Source: an uncultured Mycoplasmatota bacterium (GTDB lineage Bacteria; Bacillota_I; Bacilli_A; RF39; UBA660). Taken from it: a DNA stretch of 64,000 bases. The stretch is from contig URQZ01000002.1 in the NCBI GenBank assembly GCA_900550255.1, positions 2,248 to 66,247 of the forward strand. The letters run 5' to 3'. Shown here one piece after another: positions 40,792-51,219 of this stretch (position 1 is the first letter of the stretch; every line of letters starts with the position of its first letter). Both the position numbers and the translations under genes were made by a program. Under the pieces are notes generated by a model, which saw only the letters and a list, made by a program, of their open reading frames with translations, was not told the origin of the DNA and did no database searches.

Positions 40792-41031
40792 TCACCTTAA
40801 TTCTATATTTTTTATAGTTCCACTTATTAAAACTTCATCCATTAGTAATTTTGAAACAACTAAGTTGTTTCCATTAATTACAATGTTTCCCTTATCATGT
40901 CTAACTATTATTTTATTAGAATCAAAGTGACCTATTTCTGTATAATTAACAATATCAACTCGATTTTCCAAGATAGTTATTTTTAATTCACTTTCTAATA
41001 TATAATCTCTAAATTTATGGACAATTCCCAT
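40792..41031 (-). CDS. yqfC: sporulation protein YqfC-like
   Basis: 79 aa. The pattern ...IVNYTEIGHFD..IIVRHDKGNIVINGNNLVVSKL..ISGTIKNIE resembles the YqfC family. Confidence 0.55.
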   Translation of the reverse strand: MGIVHKFRDYILESELKITILENRVDIVNYTEIGHFDSNKIIVRHDKGNIVINGNNLVVSKLLMDEVLISGTIKNIELR

Positions 41032-41069
41032 AATATCACCTATATAATAATATTAGAATTGTTTAATAT

Positions 41070-41100
41070 TTATGTACAAAGAAAAAAAGTTCAAAAATTG
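41070..41100 (-). terminator. rho-independent terminator after the LCP gene
   Basis: The minus strand reads AAGUUCAAUUUUUGAACUU followed by UUUUUU. Confidence 0.6.
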
Positions 41101-41112
41101 AACTTTCTAAAT

Positions 41113-43236
41113 TTAAGGATTTATTGCATCTAAGATGCAATTTCCATTTCCATCATCCACATATCCATTTGTTGAATCGCATTTACATTTTCCACCAACT
41201 AAAACTTTATTTCCTGAACAAGTAATTTCCTCTTTTGTACATACACCATCTACTCTTTTATATCCACTCATACATATACAATTTCCATTTGCATCTGGAT
41301 CTGCTTGTTCATATGATCCTGTACATTTTTTTTGTTCTTCTTGTTTTGTACATGTTCCATTTGTTTTTGTATAACCATTTTTGCAAACACATGTCACTCC
41401 ATCTGCTCCTAGTTCTTCATTTGTTCCACACGTTTTTTTAGTTTGTGTTGTTGTACTTTCTTCTTTCGAACATACACCATTTACTTTTTTATATCCAGCT
41501 TTACAAACACATGTCACTCCATCTGCTCCTAATTCTTGATTAGTTCCACATTTAGTGCTTGATTTTTTTTCTGTTTTATCATATTTTTGTAAGTTTCCTG
41601 TCAAATTTTTTCCAATTACTTCTTCTTCATATGGATTATCAATACTAAAGCTAAATTCTTTTACTATTTTAGGTTTTTTCTTACCTAAATTGATTTCCAT
41701 TGCTTCTACTACAGCATCTAAGCTATCTTGTGATAAAACATAATTATATAGATTTAAACCAGAACCCGGATCATAGATATGAGCATCACTACCGCTTAAA
41801 TATAATCTTTGAATTCCAAGTAAATCTTCTACTTCTCCACCATTACTTTTTATAATAATATCTTTTCCAATATTATATAATGATAAGATTTCATTAGTAG
41901 TCATATTTGTTTGCATACTATTACTAATAGTATCTAATAGCTCATAAACTGTATCTAAATTTCTAACTGTTTTAAGCTTATTCATTAAAGCTCTAATAAC
42001 TGTTTGTTGATTTTGACCTCTTATAAAGTCATTACTATTATAATTACTATATTTTGCTCCACAATATGAAGGCCACGGATGGCGGTTACGAGAGAATGCT
42101 AATGCTTTTTCTCCGTCTAAAGTTTGCATTCCTTTATCAACATAGACAGTATTATTTCCCCATTCTCTATTACTATTTTGTTCACAGAAAGAATAAGGAA
42201 CATCAACATCTACACCACCTAAAGTATCAACCATTTTTACAACACCTTTAAAGTTTATTTTTACAAAATAGTCAATATTTATTCCTGTAAAGTTTTCAAT
42301 TGTTTTCATCATACAATCTTCACCATACCAAGCAGCATGAGTAATTTTATTTTTCTTATGTCCCGCAAAACACATAATCGGTACATAAGAGTCTCTTGGT
42401 ATACTCAACATTGTTGTATTTAAAGTTGTAGGATTAAAGGTAATTAAAATAAGGGAATCACCATTAAAGCTACTACTTGCAAGATTCTCATTTTCTGAAT
42501 CCACACCCATAAGTAAAATTGTAAATGGTTTATTCAATGTACTACTTTTTTTGCTTTTTGAACTTTTCTTAACTTTTTTTTCTTTTGTATAAATTATTTT
42601 TGTATCTTCTTTTAAATTTTGAAGTTCTGCTTCTTCCATATTTTGAAACATAACTGTGTAGTTAGTTGGTAGGAAGGCATATTCAACTTCACCATCATAT
42701 AATCCTTTTAAAAGTGAAATATAGCTTTCATATTCTAAAACTTTATTTTTCATCTTTTTATCTTTGATAATTTCTTTGGGAATTTGATAACCATCTATAC
42801 TAGTATCATCTCCAAGCATTCCAACTTTACTACTTTTTGGAACTTTTGATATTTTATCAATTTTGTTACTTGTAAGTGTAATTAAACTACTAGAATAAGT
42901 CGTTGAATCACTAGTCATATTTCCAATGATACCAACTGTTTTAACAATATAGAATGCTCCAAACGATAAAATTAAAGCATATATTATAGTTATAGGAATA
43001 AATAGTCCATACTTACTTTTACCTTTTTTAATTGATTTTCTATAACATATAACAAATATTATCCAAGCAATTCCTAGTACAATTGCAAGTAATAATCTTA
43101 CTTTATTTTCAATTCCGTTTAATAAAGATATTGCATATAATAAATAACCGGTTGCCACAGTATTTATTATAAAAGTTATTAAAATTATAAATGCTTTCAA
43201 TTTATTTACTTTAAATAAGCGAAAAAAATCTTTCAT
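41113..43236 (-). CDS. LytR-CpsA-Psr (LCP) family protein with N-terminal multi-transmembrane region and four C-terminal Cys-rich (EGF-like) repeats
   Basis: LCP core ILLMGVDS...SIPRDSYVPI. The C-terminus has 2x CGTNxELGADGVTCVCKxGYxKxNGxC plus two degenerate 4-Cys repeats. Confidence 0.85.
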   Translation of the reverse strand: MKDFFRLFKVNKLKAFIILITFIINTVATGYLLYAISLLNGIENKVRLLLAIVLGIAWIIFVICYRKSIKKGKSKYGLFIPITIIYALILSFGAFYIVKTVGIIGNMTSDSTTYSSSLITLTSNKIDKISKVPKSSKVGMLGDDTSIDGYQIPKEIIKDKKMKNKVLEYESYISLLKGLYDGEVEYAFLPTNYTVMFQNMEEAELQNLKEDTKIIYTKEKKVKKSSKSKKSSTLNKPFTILLMGVDSENENLASSSFNGDSLILITFNPTTLNTTMLSIPRDSYVPIMCFAGHKKNKITHAAWYGEDCMMKTIENFTGINIDYFVKINFKGVVKMVDTLGGVDVDVPYSFCEQNSNREWGNNTVYVDKGMQTLDGEKALAFSRNRHPWPSYCGAKYSNYNSNDFIRGQNQQTVIRALMNKLKTVRNLDTVYELLDTISNSMQTNMTTNEILSLYNIGKDIIIKSNGGEVEDLLGIQRLYLSGSDAHIYDPGSGLNLYNYVLSQDSLDAVVEAMEINLGKKKPKIVKEFSFSIDNPYEEEVIGKNLTGNLQKYDKTEKKSSTKCGTNQELGADGVTCVCKAGYKKVNGVCSKEESTTTQTKKTCGTNEELGADGVTCVCKNGYTKTNGTCTKQEEQKKCTGSYEQADPDANGNCICMSGYKRVDGVCTKEEITCSGNKVLVGGKCKCDSTNGYVDDGNGNCILDAINP
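41381..41575. repeat. roughly 120-bp tandem DNA repeat inside the LCP gene, encoding the Cys-rich repeats
   Basis: A near-identical segment of about 50 nt, CAAACACATGTCACTCCATCTGCTCCTAxTTCTT..GTTCCACA, occurs at 41383-41432 and 41503-41552. Confidence 0.7.
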
Positions 43237-43436
43237 GAATTACCTCCTAGTTTAACTTTAAACATTATACATCTTTTTAGATAATTACACAAGTTGAATT
43301 TGATAATTTTGAAAAACCATATAATTAAAATATAAAAATCGACTTATTTTATAATATATAATCAACATTTAAAAAAAATAGAATAAAATATATTGTAAAA
43401 AAAAACTTTTTTTGATATAATTAATTTACTTGATTT

Positions 43437-43510
43437 GGGTCTATAGCCAAGTGGTAAGGCGTGGGACTGCAACTCCCTGATCGTTGGTTCAAATCCGACT
43501 AGGCCCTCCA
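43437..43510 (+). tRNA. tRNA-Cys (anticodon GCA)
   Basis: GGGTCTATAGCCAAGTGGTAAGGCGTGGGACTGCAACTCCCTGATCGTTGGTTCAAATCCGACTAGGCCCTCCA. It folds as a cloverleaf and resembles Bacillus tRNA-Cys. Confidence 0.85.
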
Positions 43511-43520
43511 GATTGATACC

Positions 43521-43552
43521 AAACTCGAACTTTTATAGTTCGAGTTTTATAA
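43521..43552 (+). terminator. terminator hairpin after tRNA-Cys
   Basis: AAACUCGAACUUUUAUAGUUCGAGUUUUAU. Confidence 0.55.
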
Positions 43553-43656
43553 TACAAAAATTTGTGATAAAATAAATATATAAAGTTGAATTCAATTATC
43601 AACTTATAAACACACTTGTAATTTGTCGCATAAAATTACATATTCAAATAAATAGG

Positions 43657-44484
43657 ATGGTAATATATATGAAAGAACAACAAGTAAAAAAATTTATAGA
43701 ACAAGTAAAATTAGAATTAACGTATAAGAAATTTCTGAAAAGCAATATTATTTATCAACTAATAAATATTTTTAATACTACTAATGTTGCCTTTGAAAAA
43801 CAGAATTACTCTAATGAAATAGAAAATCCTTTAGAAATGGCTCTTGAGTTTTATAAAGAATATAATATGGAATACTACAACACTATTATAGATAATATTC
43901 AAAATAAAAGAATTATCATTAACAAAAATATTGGTAAATCTTTTACTGATACAAAAAATAATACAACAAATATTAGCTTATGCGGAAATGATGGCGATCT
44001 TTTTAATATAGTTCATGAATTAGCTCATTTTATTGATAGGAATAGCATACCTCAAATTATTCCTGATGAGTATTGGTTTTTATCTGAAACTTTTGCGTTT
44101 TATATTGAAAAAAGATTAGAACATTGGCTATTAAATAAAGATTACAAAGATTTAATTTATACTAGAAGAAATAATAGAATGTTTTTTGAAAATAAAATGT
44201 TAGAAGCCATTGAAAATGAATTGTATTATGAAAATTTATATAAACAAAAAGGAATAATCGTAGAAAGTGATATTGATATTAAAAAAATAAAGTCTATAAT
44301 AAAGTATGATGTTCCTTATAATATTGTAAATTATTTGTTACAATATCCATTGGCAAATATTCTTTCTAGTTGTTTAATTAATAATTACATAATACAAAAT
44401 GATAATCAACTAGTTGAAAAATGTATCAATATGGATTTATATAAAATTTTAGAAGATTATTCGTTGGGTAAAAAAACTTTATAA
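43657..44484 (+). CDS. hypothetical HExxH...E protein (short M3/PepF-core-like)
   Basis: VHELAHFIDRN followed by SETFAFYIEKRL. It is a paralogue-like pattern to the 5592-6569 protein. Confidence 0.4.
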   Translation: MVIYMKEQQVKKFIEQVKLELTYKKFLKSNIIYQLINIFNTTNVAFEKQNYSNEIENPLEMALEFYKEYNMEYYNTIIDNIQNKRIIINKNIGKSFTDTKNNTTNISLCGNDGDLFNIVHELAHFIDRNSIPQIIPDEYWFLSETFAFYIEKRLEHWLLNKDYKDLIYTRRNNRMFFENKMLEAIENELYYENLYKQKGIIVESDIDIKKIKSIIKYDVPYNIVNYLLQYPLANILSSCLINNYIIQNDNQLVEKCINMDLYKILEDYSLGKKTL

Positions 44485-44728
44485 TTATTTATAAAAAAAA
44501 GTTGTTATACTTCTTCCATTAGTGCTCCATTAAGAAATCAACTTACAAACTTAATTGTTTTTAAGTTTTTATTTTATAAAAAAAGAGAAAAAATAATTAA
44601 AATTAGTTATTTTATTAACTAACTCAAAAACTTTTCAACTTTATTTACTCTTCTAATAAAAAATTAAAACTAACAAACTGTTAGTTTCAACTATTGACAA
44701 ACAAGTTTATAAATAGCTTGTTTGTCTT

Positions 44729-46477
44729 TTATTTTTTCAAAATCAAATTTTTTTCTAATTCTTCAACATCTTTTTTCAAAATATTAAATCCTTCATTAAT
44801 TATGTCAGAATTTGTTAAATCAATATTTAACATTTTTAATAAATCTAATGAATACATACATGATCCTGATGCTAGAAATTCCATATATTGTTCTTTTGAT
44901 AAAGTTTTTTCATCAATCAATGAATTAACTACAACACTTGCCATAATTAATCCAGTTGCATACTTATATGGATAATAGCTCCATCTATATAGATGTCCTA
45001 ATCTTGACCATTCATAACTTGCTTCTTCATCATATGTAATATTTTCTCCATAATATTTTTTAATTAATTTAAAATACTTTTCAGATAATATTTTTTTTGT
45101 TAAATCATTTTCTTTTCTAAAACTATATAACTCATTTTCATATTCAGTATACATTGTCTGTTTAAATACTGAAGTAAAATAATTTTCTATTTCTTTACTC
45201 AAATAAAATAATTTTTCTTTTGTATTTTTAGCATTTTTATACAAATATCTATTTAATAATATTTCATTAACTATAGATGCAGTTTCTCCAACAAAAATAG
45301 TGCTGTCTTCATATATAAATGGAAGATTCTTTTTAGATAAAGAATAGTTTATTATATGTCCTAACTCATGAATCATATTTTTTAAATCATTATAGGAACC
45401 TCTAAAATTCATAAATGAATATGTATTCCAAGAAAAAGTAATTGATTGATGTTTATGATCATCTGGTTCTGCATCAAAATGACCATTAAGTAAATATTCA
45501 ACATTTTCCAAATATTCTTCTCCCAATGGAGATAAAGCATTTTTAATAATTTCAACAGCCTCTTCCATAGAATACTTAAGTTTTAAATTATTATCAAGTG
45601 GAACACCAAAATCATACAAATGTGGATCATCTATTTTTAAAATTTCTGCTTTTAAACTCAAATACTTTTGTATTAGTGGTAAATTATTATTTACAGATTG
45701 TATTAAACTTTTTAAAATATTAGGATTTATATTTTCATTAGATAAAACTTTATCTAAAACAGTATCATAATTTTCTAATTCGGAATTTTCTATTCTATAT
45801 CCATATATATTATTTAGTAAATCAGCAAACTCATCATTTTTAACATTAAAACAATTATCTACACTTAGGTAAGTCTTTTTTCTTGTTTCTCTATCTCTTG
45901 ATGAAATATATTTAGCAAAATTAGAAGAATTTATTTCAATTGTTTCATCATTAACTTCAATTTGGCCATAATCTATATCTCTAAGTAGTTTATTATATTT
46001 GTTTATATATTCACTAATTTTATTATTATTATCCCTAATTACATTGTTAATTTCTTCTTTTTGAATGTGTTCTTGCAATCTAAATAAATTATTAATATGT
46101 TGTTTATATATTTGTAAATCAGTATTTTCTTCAAGTAATCTAAAAATTTTGTTTTTACCACAAGTTAAGATTTTATTTTCAATAAACTTTAATTTTGAAT
46201 TTACTTCATTTGAAAATTTCTCAGCATCATCTTTAAGTTTAATACATTCTTCTGACTTAATATTTTTATAATACATTAAAGATCCATAAACTAAAATATT
46301 ATTAGCTAATTCTTTTATATGCCATTCACTATTTAATAGAAATAATAAATCATTTGCATCATTTATATCAACATTACTATTCATTACTTCGTATAAAAGT
46401 TTTTTAACATAGTTTATTTCATTATAAAATTCTTCGTTATTTTTATATAATTCTCTTAAATTCCATTTCAAATTCAT
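44729..46477 (-). CDS. pepF: oligoendopeptidase F (peptidase family M3B)
   Basis: 582 aa. MIHELGHIINYS...VGETASIVNEILL is the HExxH plus downstream Glu zinc site. Confidence 0.85.
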   Translation of the reverse strand: MNLKWNLRELYKNNEEFYNEINYVKKLLYEVMNSNVDINDANDLLFLLNSEWHIKELANNILVYGSLMYYKNIKSEECIKLKDDAEKFSNEVNSKLKFIENKILTCGKNKIFRLLEENTDLQIYKQHINNLFRLQEHIQKEEINNVIRDNNNKISEYINKYNKLLRDIDYGQIEVNDETIEINSSNFAKYISSRDRETRKKTYLSVDNCFNVKNDEFADLLNNIYGYRIENSELENYDTVLDKVLSNENINPNILKSLIQSVNNNLPLIQKYLSLKAEILKIDDPHLYDFGVPLDNNLKLKYSMEEAVEIIKNALSPLGEEYLENVEYLLNGHFDAEPDDHKHQSITFSWNTYSFMNFRGSYNDLKNMIHELGHIINYSLSKKNLPFIYEDSTIFVGETASIVNEILLNRYLYKNAKNTKEKLFYLSKEIENYFTSVFKQTMYTEYENELYSFRKENDLTKKILSEKYFKLIKKYYGENITYDEEASYEWSRLGHLYRWSYYPYKYATGLIMASVVVNSLIDEKTLSKEQYMEFLASGSCMYSLDLLKMLNIDLTNSDIINEGFNILKKDVEELEKNLILKK

Positions 46478-46572
46478 ATAATTTCCCCTAACTAATGTTT
46501 ATTATAGCACATCATAATTTTTTTGTCATGACAAAACTTTTAATTATAAAACATTCAAAAAACAACCTACTA

Positions 46573-47451
46573 TTATAAAATTTCCTTTAATATTCCTTGA
46601 CCCAAATAAAACTTGCTACTATTCAATAATTGTAATTTTATTTTTCTTTGTAATGAAGTATCTTCTTTTAACCCATCATAATTATCACACTTATCAACAC
46701 CATACACAAAATTTAAAATATCATTAATACAATCTTCTCCATTTTCAATATTAAACAAATCATGAAATTTCGCAATATTAGACTCTTTCTCTAAGAGATC
46801 ATAAATCTGATTACTAAGTATCCAAGAATTACAAACACACTTAAAATCATTTATATTATATACTAATGGTATGATTTTTTTTGATGTTTCTAGAGATTTC
46901 ATTACTTCTTTAAAATCTAGTTTAAATCCTTTTGGAATATGAATTTTAATGGTATCTTTATCATATATTTCATATTGTAATCTTCCTAACTCAAGTATTT
47001 TTCCCCTTATAAAATAAATAGCCCATAACATTTGGGATATTCTTATTTGTTTATATTCCCTATTTACTAAATCACTTTCAAAACACTCCCTGACCCTTTT
47101 TTTATGAATCTCTACTTGAGTATCATCTAATTTCATTTTTTTCATATTATCATCGTGAATTTTAAAACCCAATAAAATCATTATATTAGTACAAAATTGA
47201 TCAATATTATTAATAAACAATTTATTAATATCTTTTATCTCCCATAATTTTCTTATTGTTTCAAAATCATTGCAATATAAATTCTTATATACTCTATAAA
47301 AAGCTTCCTTATAACATTCATTATTATTAATTGTATAAATACATTTATAACATCTATCCTTATATTTACTATCTATATTATAAAAATCAAAAGCTTCATC
47401 AATCTCCTGTTTATTTAATTCTTCTTCTTTGGATTTTGTTATCCTACTCAT
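46573..47451 (-). CDS. hypothetical protein (Cys-rich N-terminus)
   Basis: 292 aa. Its start overlaps the MFS gene stop by 8 nt. Confidence 0.35.
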   Translation of the reverse strand: MSRITKSKEEELNKQEIDEAFDFYNIDSKYKDRCYKCIYTINNNECYKEAFYRVYKNLYCNDFETIRKLWEIKDINKLFINNIDQFCTNIMILLGFKIHDDNMKKMKLDDTQVEIHKKRVRECFESDLVNREYKQIRISQMLWAIYFIRGKILELGRLQYEIYDKDTIKIHIPKGFKLDFKEVMKSLETSKKIIPLVYNINDFKCVCNSWILSNQIYDLLEKESNIAKFHDLFNIENGEDCINDILNFVYGVDKCDNYDGLKEDTSLQRKIKLQLLNSSKFYLGQGILKEIL

Positions 47452-48637
47452 TAATAAGTTCCTCTTTCTTTCTTAAATTTATTAAATAATAAGCAATTCC
47501 TAGTTGAAATATCATAAATATAGCTGATAAACCAAACATATATCTAAGACCAATCTCATACATCATTCCACATAAGAACACACCAATCGACTCTCCTAAG
47601 AATCTTACTATATGACATATATTTGAAAAACTTAATTGATATTTATTATCTAGTCTATTTATATAAACGCCATCGCAAATATTTTCATATGAAGTAGATA
47701 TAAAAATTGACCAAGATATTGCTATTATTGTAATAATTAAATTATTAGAAATGAAAGCCAAAATATATCCTATAAATCTTATACCAAACTTTATTGTTAT
47801 CGTCAGATAATCATTTTTAGGCGTTAAATATTTTAAAGCAACAATACCAAATATATCTGCCAATAATCCTATAATCAATAAATAATTTGTCGCTACATTA
47901 TCACTATAGCCAAAATAATTAGTTAAAACTAACATTTTTAACCCCAAAGCCGTAGACATAGCAATAGTACCAATCAACACATATATTAAATATAAATATA
48001 TAATTTTACTTTTTAATATAATTTTAAAACAAGAATTTTTATTTTCATTTTTTTCATCTTTTGTATCTAATTTTATAGTCGTTATTACAAAAATAGAAAT
48101 TAATAAAAATATATTTGAAATTATTAAGCAAACGTTATAATCAATTAAAATTCCAGAAATGGTTTTTCCTATAAAAACCCCTCCAAATAATATTCCTATA
48201 TCTCTAAACAAATACTCTGTTAATCTTCTTTTACTATACAAAGTACCACTTTTATTAAGAATTGTTATTAATGGATACACACTTGTTATAGTTATATATT
48301 CTGTAACAATATCAATTATTATTAAGATATTAATAACGGATAATAAATTTGACTTATTAAAAATATATAAAAATAACATATTAATAAACTTTAAAACAAG
48401 GACAACTACTAATGTATTTTTTAATTTATTTAATTTTACATACTTTCCAATAAAGGCTATGGCAATTACACTTATTAAAGTTCCTAAACTTATAATATTA
48501 CTAATATTTGAAACAGAAAATGAATTATCCTCTAACCATAGTTGTCTAAAATTATTCCAAAGTCCAATAGAAATACTAAAAAAGGCTAGCATTAATAATA
48601 TTTTATTTTCATTTTTATTTAAAACTTTTTTAACCAC
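47444..48637 (-). CDS. MFS-type transporter
   Basis: 397 aa with about 12 transmembrane segments. Confidence 0.55.
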   Translation of the reverse strand: MVKKVLNKNENKILLMLAFFSISIGLWNNFRQLWLEDNSFSVSNISNIISLGTLISVIAIAFIGKYVKLNKLKNTLVVVLVLKFINMLFLYIFNKSNLLSVINILIIIDIVTEYITITSVYPLITILNKSGTLYSKRRLTEYLFRDIGILFGGVFIGKTISGILIDYNVCLIISNIFLLISIFVITTIKLDTKDEKNENKNSCFKIILKSKIIYLYLIYVLIGTIAMSTALGLKMLVLTNYFGYSDNVATNYLLIIGLLADIFGIVALKYLTPKNDYLTITIKFGIRFIGYILAFISNNLIITIIAISWSIFISTSYENICDGVYINRLDNKYQLSFSNICHIVRFLGESIGVFLCGMMYEIGLRYMFGLSAIFMIFQLGIAYYLINLRKKEELINE

Positions 48638-48642
48638 TACTT

Positions 48643-49308
48643 CTATTCTCCTCTATCTACTTTTTTTACAAAAAAATCATCATCTGCATAATGCATTTTT
48701 ATATGTGATTTTTCAACTTGTTTAAAATTATTTTTTATATACTTATATATTTCTTTCCAATTACTAAGTGAAGTAATATTTTTAATTTCATTATTACCAA
48801 TCAAAATTGTTTCAATACCACAATTAGATACATTTGAACAATTACTTATACTATCATCAATTAATAAATCGATATTATTTTCTAAGCACGCTTTTCTTTT
48901 ATCCCTAGCATTAACAATTAATTTATCAAAATATATAGAATTTTTATTTAACCAAACTTCACTTTGATGATATGGATCTTTATGAAATTCAGAATCCCTT
49001 GCAGTTACAATATATATTTCATGACCATCTTCATGTAATTTTTTTATAACATCCACACAATCTTCTCTTGGTAGTGCATTATCAGTTATTTCTTCTTGAA
49101 TTACTCCTAAAAAATATTTTAATTCATCATCATTAAAATTAAACAATTTTTGATAAATATTTCCATTATTATATATATCAACTATTTGATGATTTTTCAT
49201 ATTCTTTGGAAGATCTTTTTTTAAACTTATCGCATAATTTCTTGCAGCCTTTGTCAATTTGTCTTTTATATTTGTTAAAGTATCATCTATATCTATTCCT
49301 ATTCTCAT
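48643..49308 (-). CDS. HAD-superfamily hydrolase, 5'(3')-deoxyribonucleotidase-like
   Basis: N-terminal MRIGIDIDDTLTN (DxDxT) motif. Confidence 0.55.
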   Translation of the reverse strand: MRIGIDIDDTLTNIKDKLTKAARNYAISLKKDLPKNMKNHQIVDIYNNGNIYQKLFNFNDDELKYFLGVIQEEITDNALPREDCVDVIKKLHEDGHEIYIVTARDSEFHKDPYHQSEVWLNKNSIYFDKLIVNARDKRKACLENNIDLLIDDSISNCSNVSNCGIETILIGNNEIKNITSLSNWKEIYKYIKNNFKQVEKSHIKMHYADDDFFVKKVDRGE

Positions 49309-49810
49309 CTAAACTCACTCCAGATATATTATACTATAAACCAAATCGAATTTTCTAGTTTTACTATATATTTAAACATTTGCTTTACAAACTTAAACTA
49401 TTAAAATATAAAAACTTGTTTTATTTAAAACAAGTTTAATATAAAATTACTCTTTTAAAGACCAAGTGATAATAGCACTATACTCCATCCCTTCTTTTAT
49501 AGCATCTGAAATTTTTAATAAAATTCCTTATCATCATCCTATATAACTTTTATAAGTTTAGTACTTTCATCATTGTTTTGACCAGTATATACAATCATTG
49601 AAGTTAAAGATAAAACCATTATATTTTAATTTTTAACAACATAAATAATTCTATAATAATTATAACCTGTTATATTCATCTTCCTAACAACAACACTATT
49701 TTCATTTAATACCCTCATACCAACACATCATACTATATGATATGAACAGAAACAGTTTATTGTAGTCTATAATTTACATCTTAAGGTATACATGATACAA
49801 TTTAGTTAGG

Positions 49811-51208
49811 GTGATATTTATGACATATGATGTAATTATAATAGGTGCAGGTCCTGCTGGTCTATTTGCAGCCTATGAATTAATTGAAAATGATAATAAC
49901 TTAAAAATTTTATTAATTGATAAAGGACATAAAGTCAAAACAAGATGTTGTCCTATGAACAAAAATAAAATAGCTTGTACTAATTGTAATCCATGTAATA
50001 TTCTATCAGGATTTGGTGGTGCTGGAACATTCTCTGATGGGAAATTAAACTTTATTCCAAAACTTGGAAAATCTGATTTATTTAAATACATGAGTGAAAG
50101 TGAAGCATATAAATTAATCGATGATACCGAAGAAATTTTTACTAAATTTAAAATGGATAGTGACGTTTTTCCAAGTAATATGGATGAAGCTGAAAAAATT
50201 AAAAAAAAAGTTGCTATTAACGGTGCGAGATTGTTACTTATAAAACAAAAACATCTAGGTTCTGATAAACTACCACAATATATAGAAGAATTTTCAAATT
50301 ATCTAGAAAAAAAAGGTGTTACCCTAATTGATAACACTAATATTGATGATATTCAAAAAGTAGATAATGTTTATGAAGTCATATCGAAAAAAAAGAAATT
50401 TCTTGGTAAAAAAGTAATTGTTGCTCCAGGTCGTACTGGAGCTAAATGGGTTCAAGAACTTGCTGATAAATATAAAATAGATTACCTATCACAAAGTATA
50501 GAAATAGGTGTTAGAGTTGAAGTTAGAAAAGAAATTTTAGATGATATGTGCAAAATTATTTATGACCCCACTATTTTCATAAAAACAGATACATATAATG
50601 ATGAAATTAGAACCTTCTGTACTAATCCTGGTGGATTCGTAGCTAAAGAGAACTATTATGGATATATATGTGTTAATGGACATTCTTTAAAAGATATAAA
50701 ATCAAATAATAGTAACTTTGCCTTTATTAGTCGTGTTAATTTAACAGAACCTGTTACCAATACTAGAGAATATGGAGAATCAATTGCTAAAATAGCCAAT
50801 GTCTTAGGTGATTCTAAACCAATTATTCAACGTTTAAAAGATTTAAAACTAGGAAGAAGATCTACTTGGAAAAGAATTAATAAAGGATTTATTGAACCAA
50901 CTTTAAAAGATTGTGTAGCCGGTGACTTAGCTTTAGTTCTACCTCATCGTATTGTTACAAACATTTTAGAAGGATTAGAAAAACTAGATAAAATAATTCC
51001 TGGTGTTAATAATGATGAAACCTTATTGTATGGTCCAGAAATAAAATTTTTCAGTAACGAAATTACAACAAATAATAATTTCAAATTAGAAAATGAAGAA
51101 ATATATTTTATAGGTGATGGTGCTGGAAAAGCTGGTAACATTGTAACTGCTGCTGCAACAGGATTAGTAGCAGCTAGAGATATCTTAAACAAAAAAAATC
51201 AAAGTTAA
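49811..51208 (+). CDS. FAD-dependent oxidoreductase (COG2509 / HI0933-like)
   Basis: YDVIIIGAGPAGLFAAYEL dinucleotide fold, an N-terminal Cys cluster CCPMNKNKIACTNCNPC, and a C-terminal GDGAG. Confidence 0.65.
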   Translation: MIFMTYDVIIIGAGPAGLFAAYELIENDNNLKILLIDKGHKVKTRCCPMNKNKIACTNCNPCNILSGFGGAGTFSDGKLNFIPKLGKSDLFKYMSESEAYKLIDDTEEIFTKFKMDSDVFPSNMDEAEKIKKKVAINGARLLLIKQKHLGSDKLPQYIEEFSNYLEKKGVTLIDNTNIDDIQKVDNVYEVISKKKKFLGKKVIVAPGRTGAKWVQELADKYKIDYLSQSIEIGVRVEVRKEILDDMCKIIYDPTIFIKTDTYNDEIRTFCTNPGGFVAKENYYGYICVNGHSLKDIKSNNSNFAFISRVNLTEPVTNTREYGESIAKIANVLGDSKPIIQRLKDLKLGRRSTWKRINKGFIEPTLKDCVAGDLALVLPHRIVTNILEGLEKLDKIIPGVNNDETLLYGPEIKFFSNEITTNNNFKLENEEIYFIGDGAGKAGNIVTAAATGLVAARDILNKKNQS

Positions 51209-51219
51209 TTCTTTGATTT

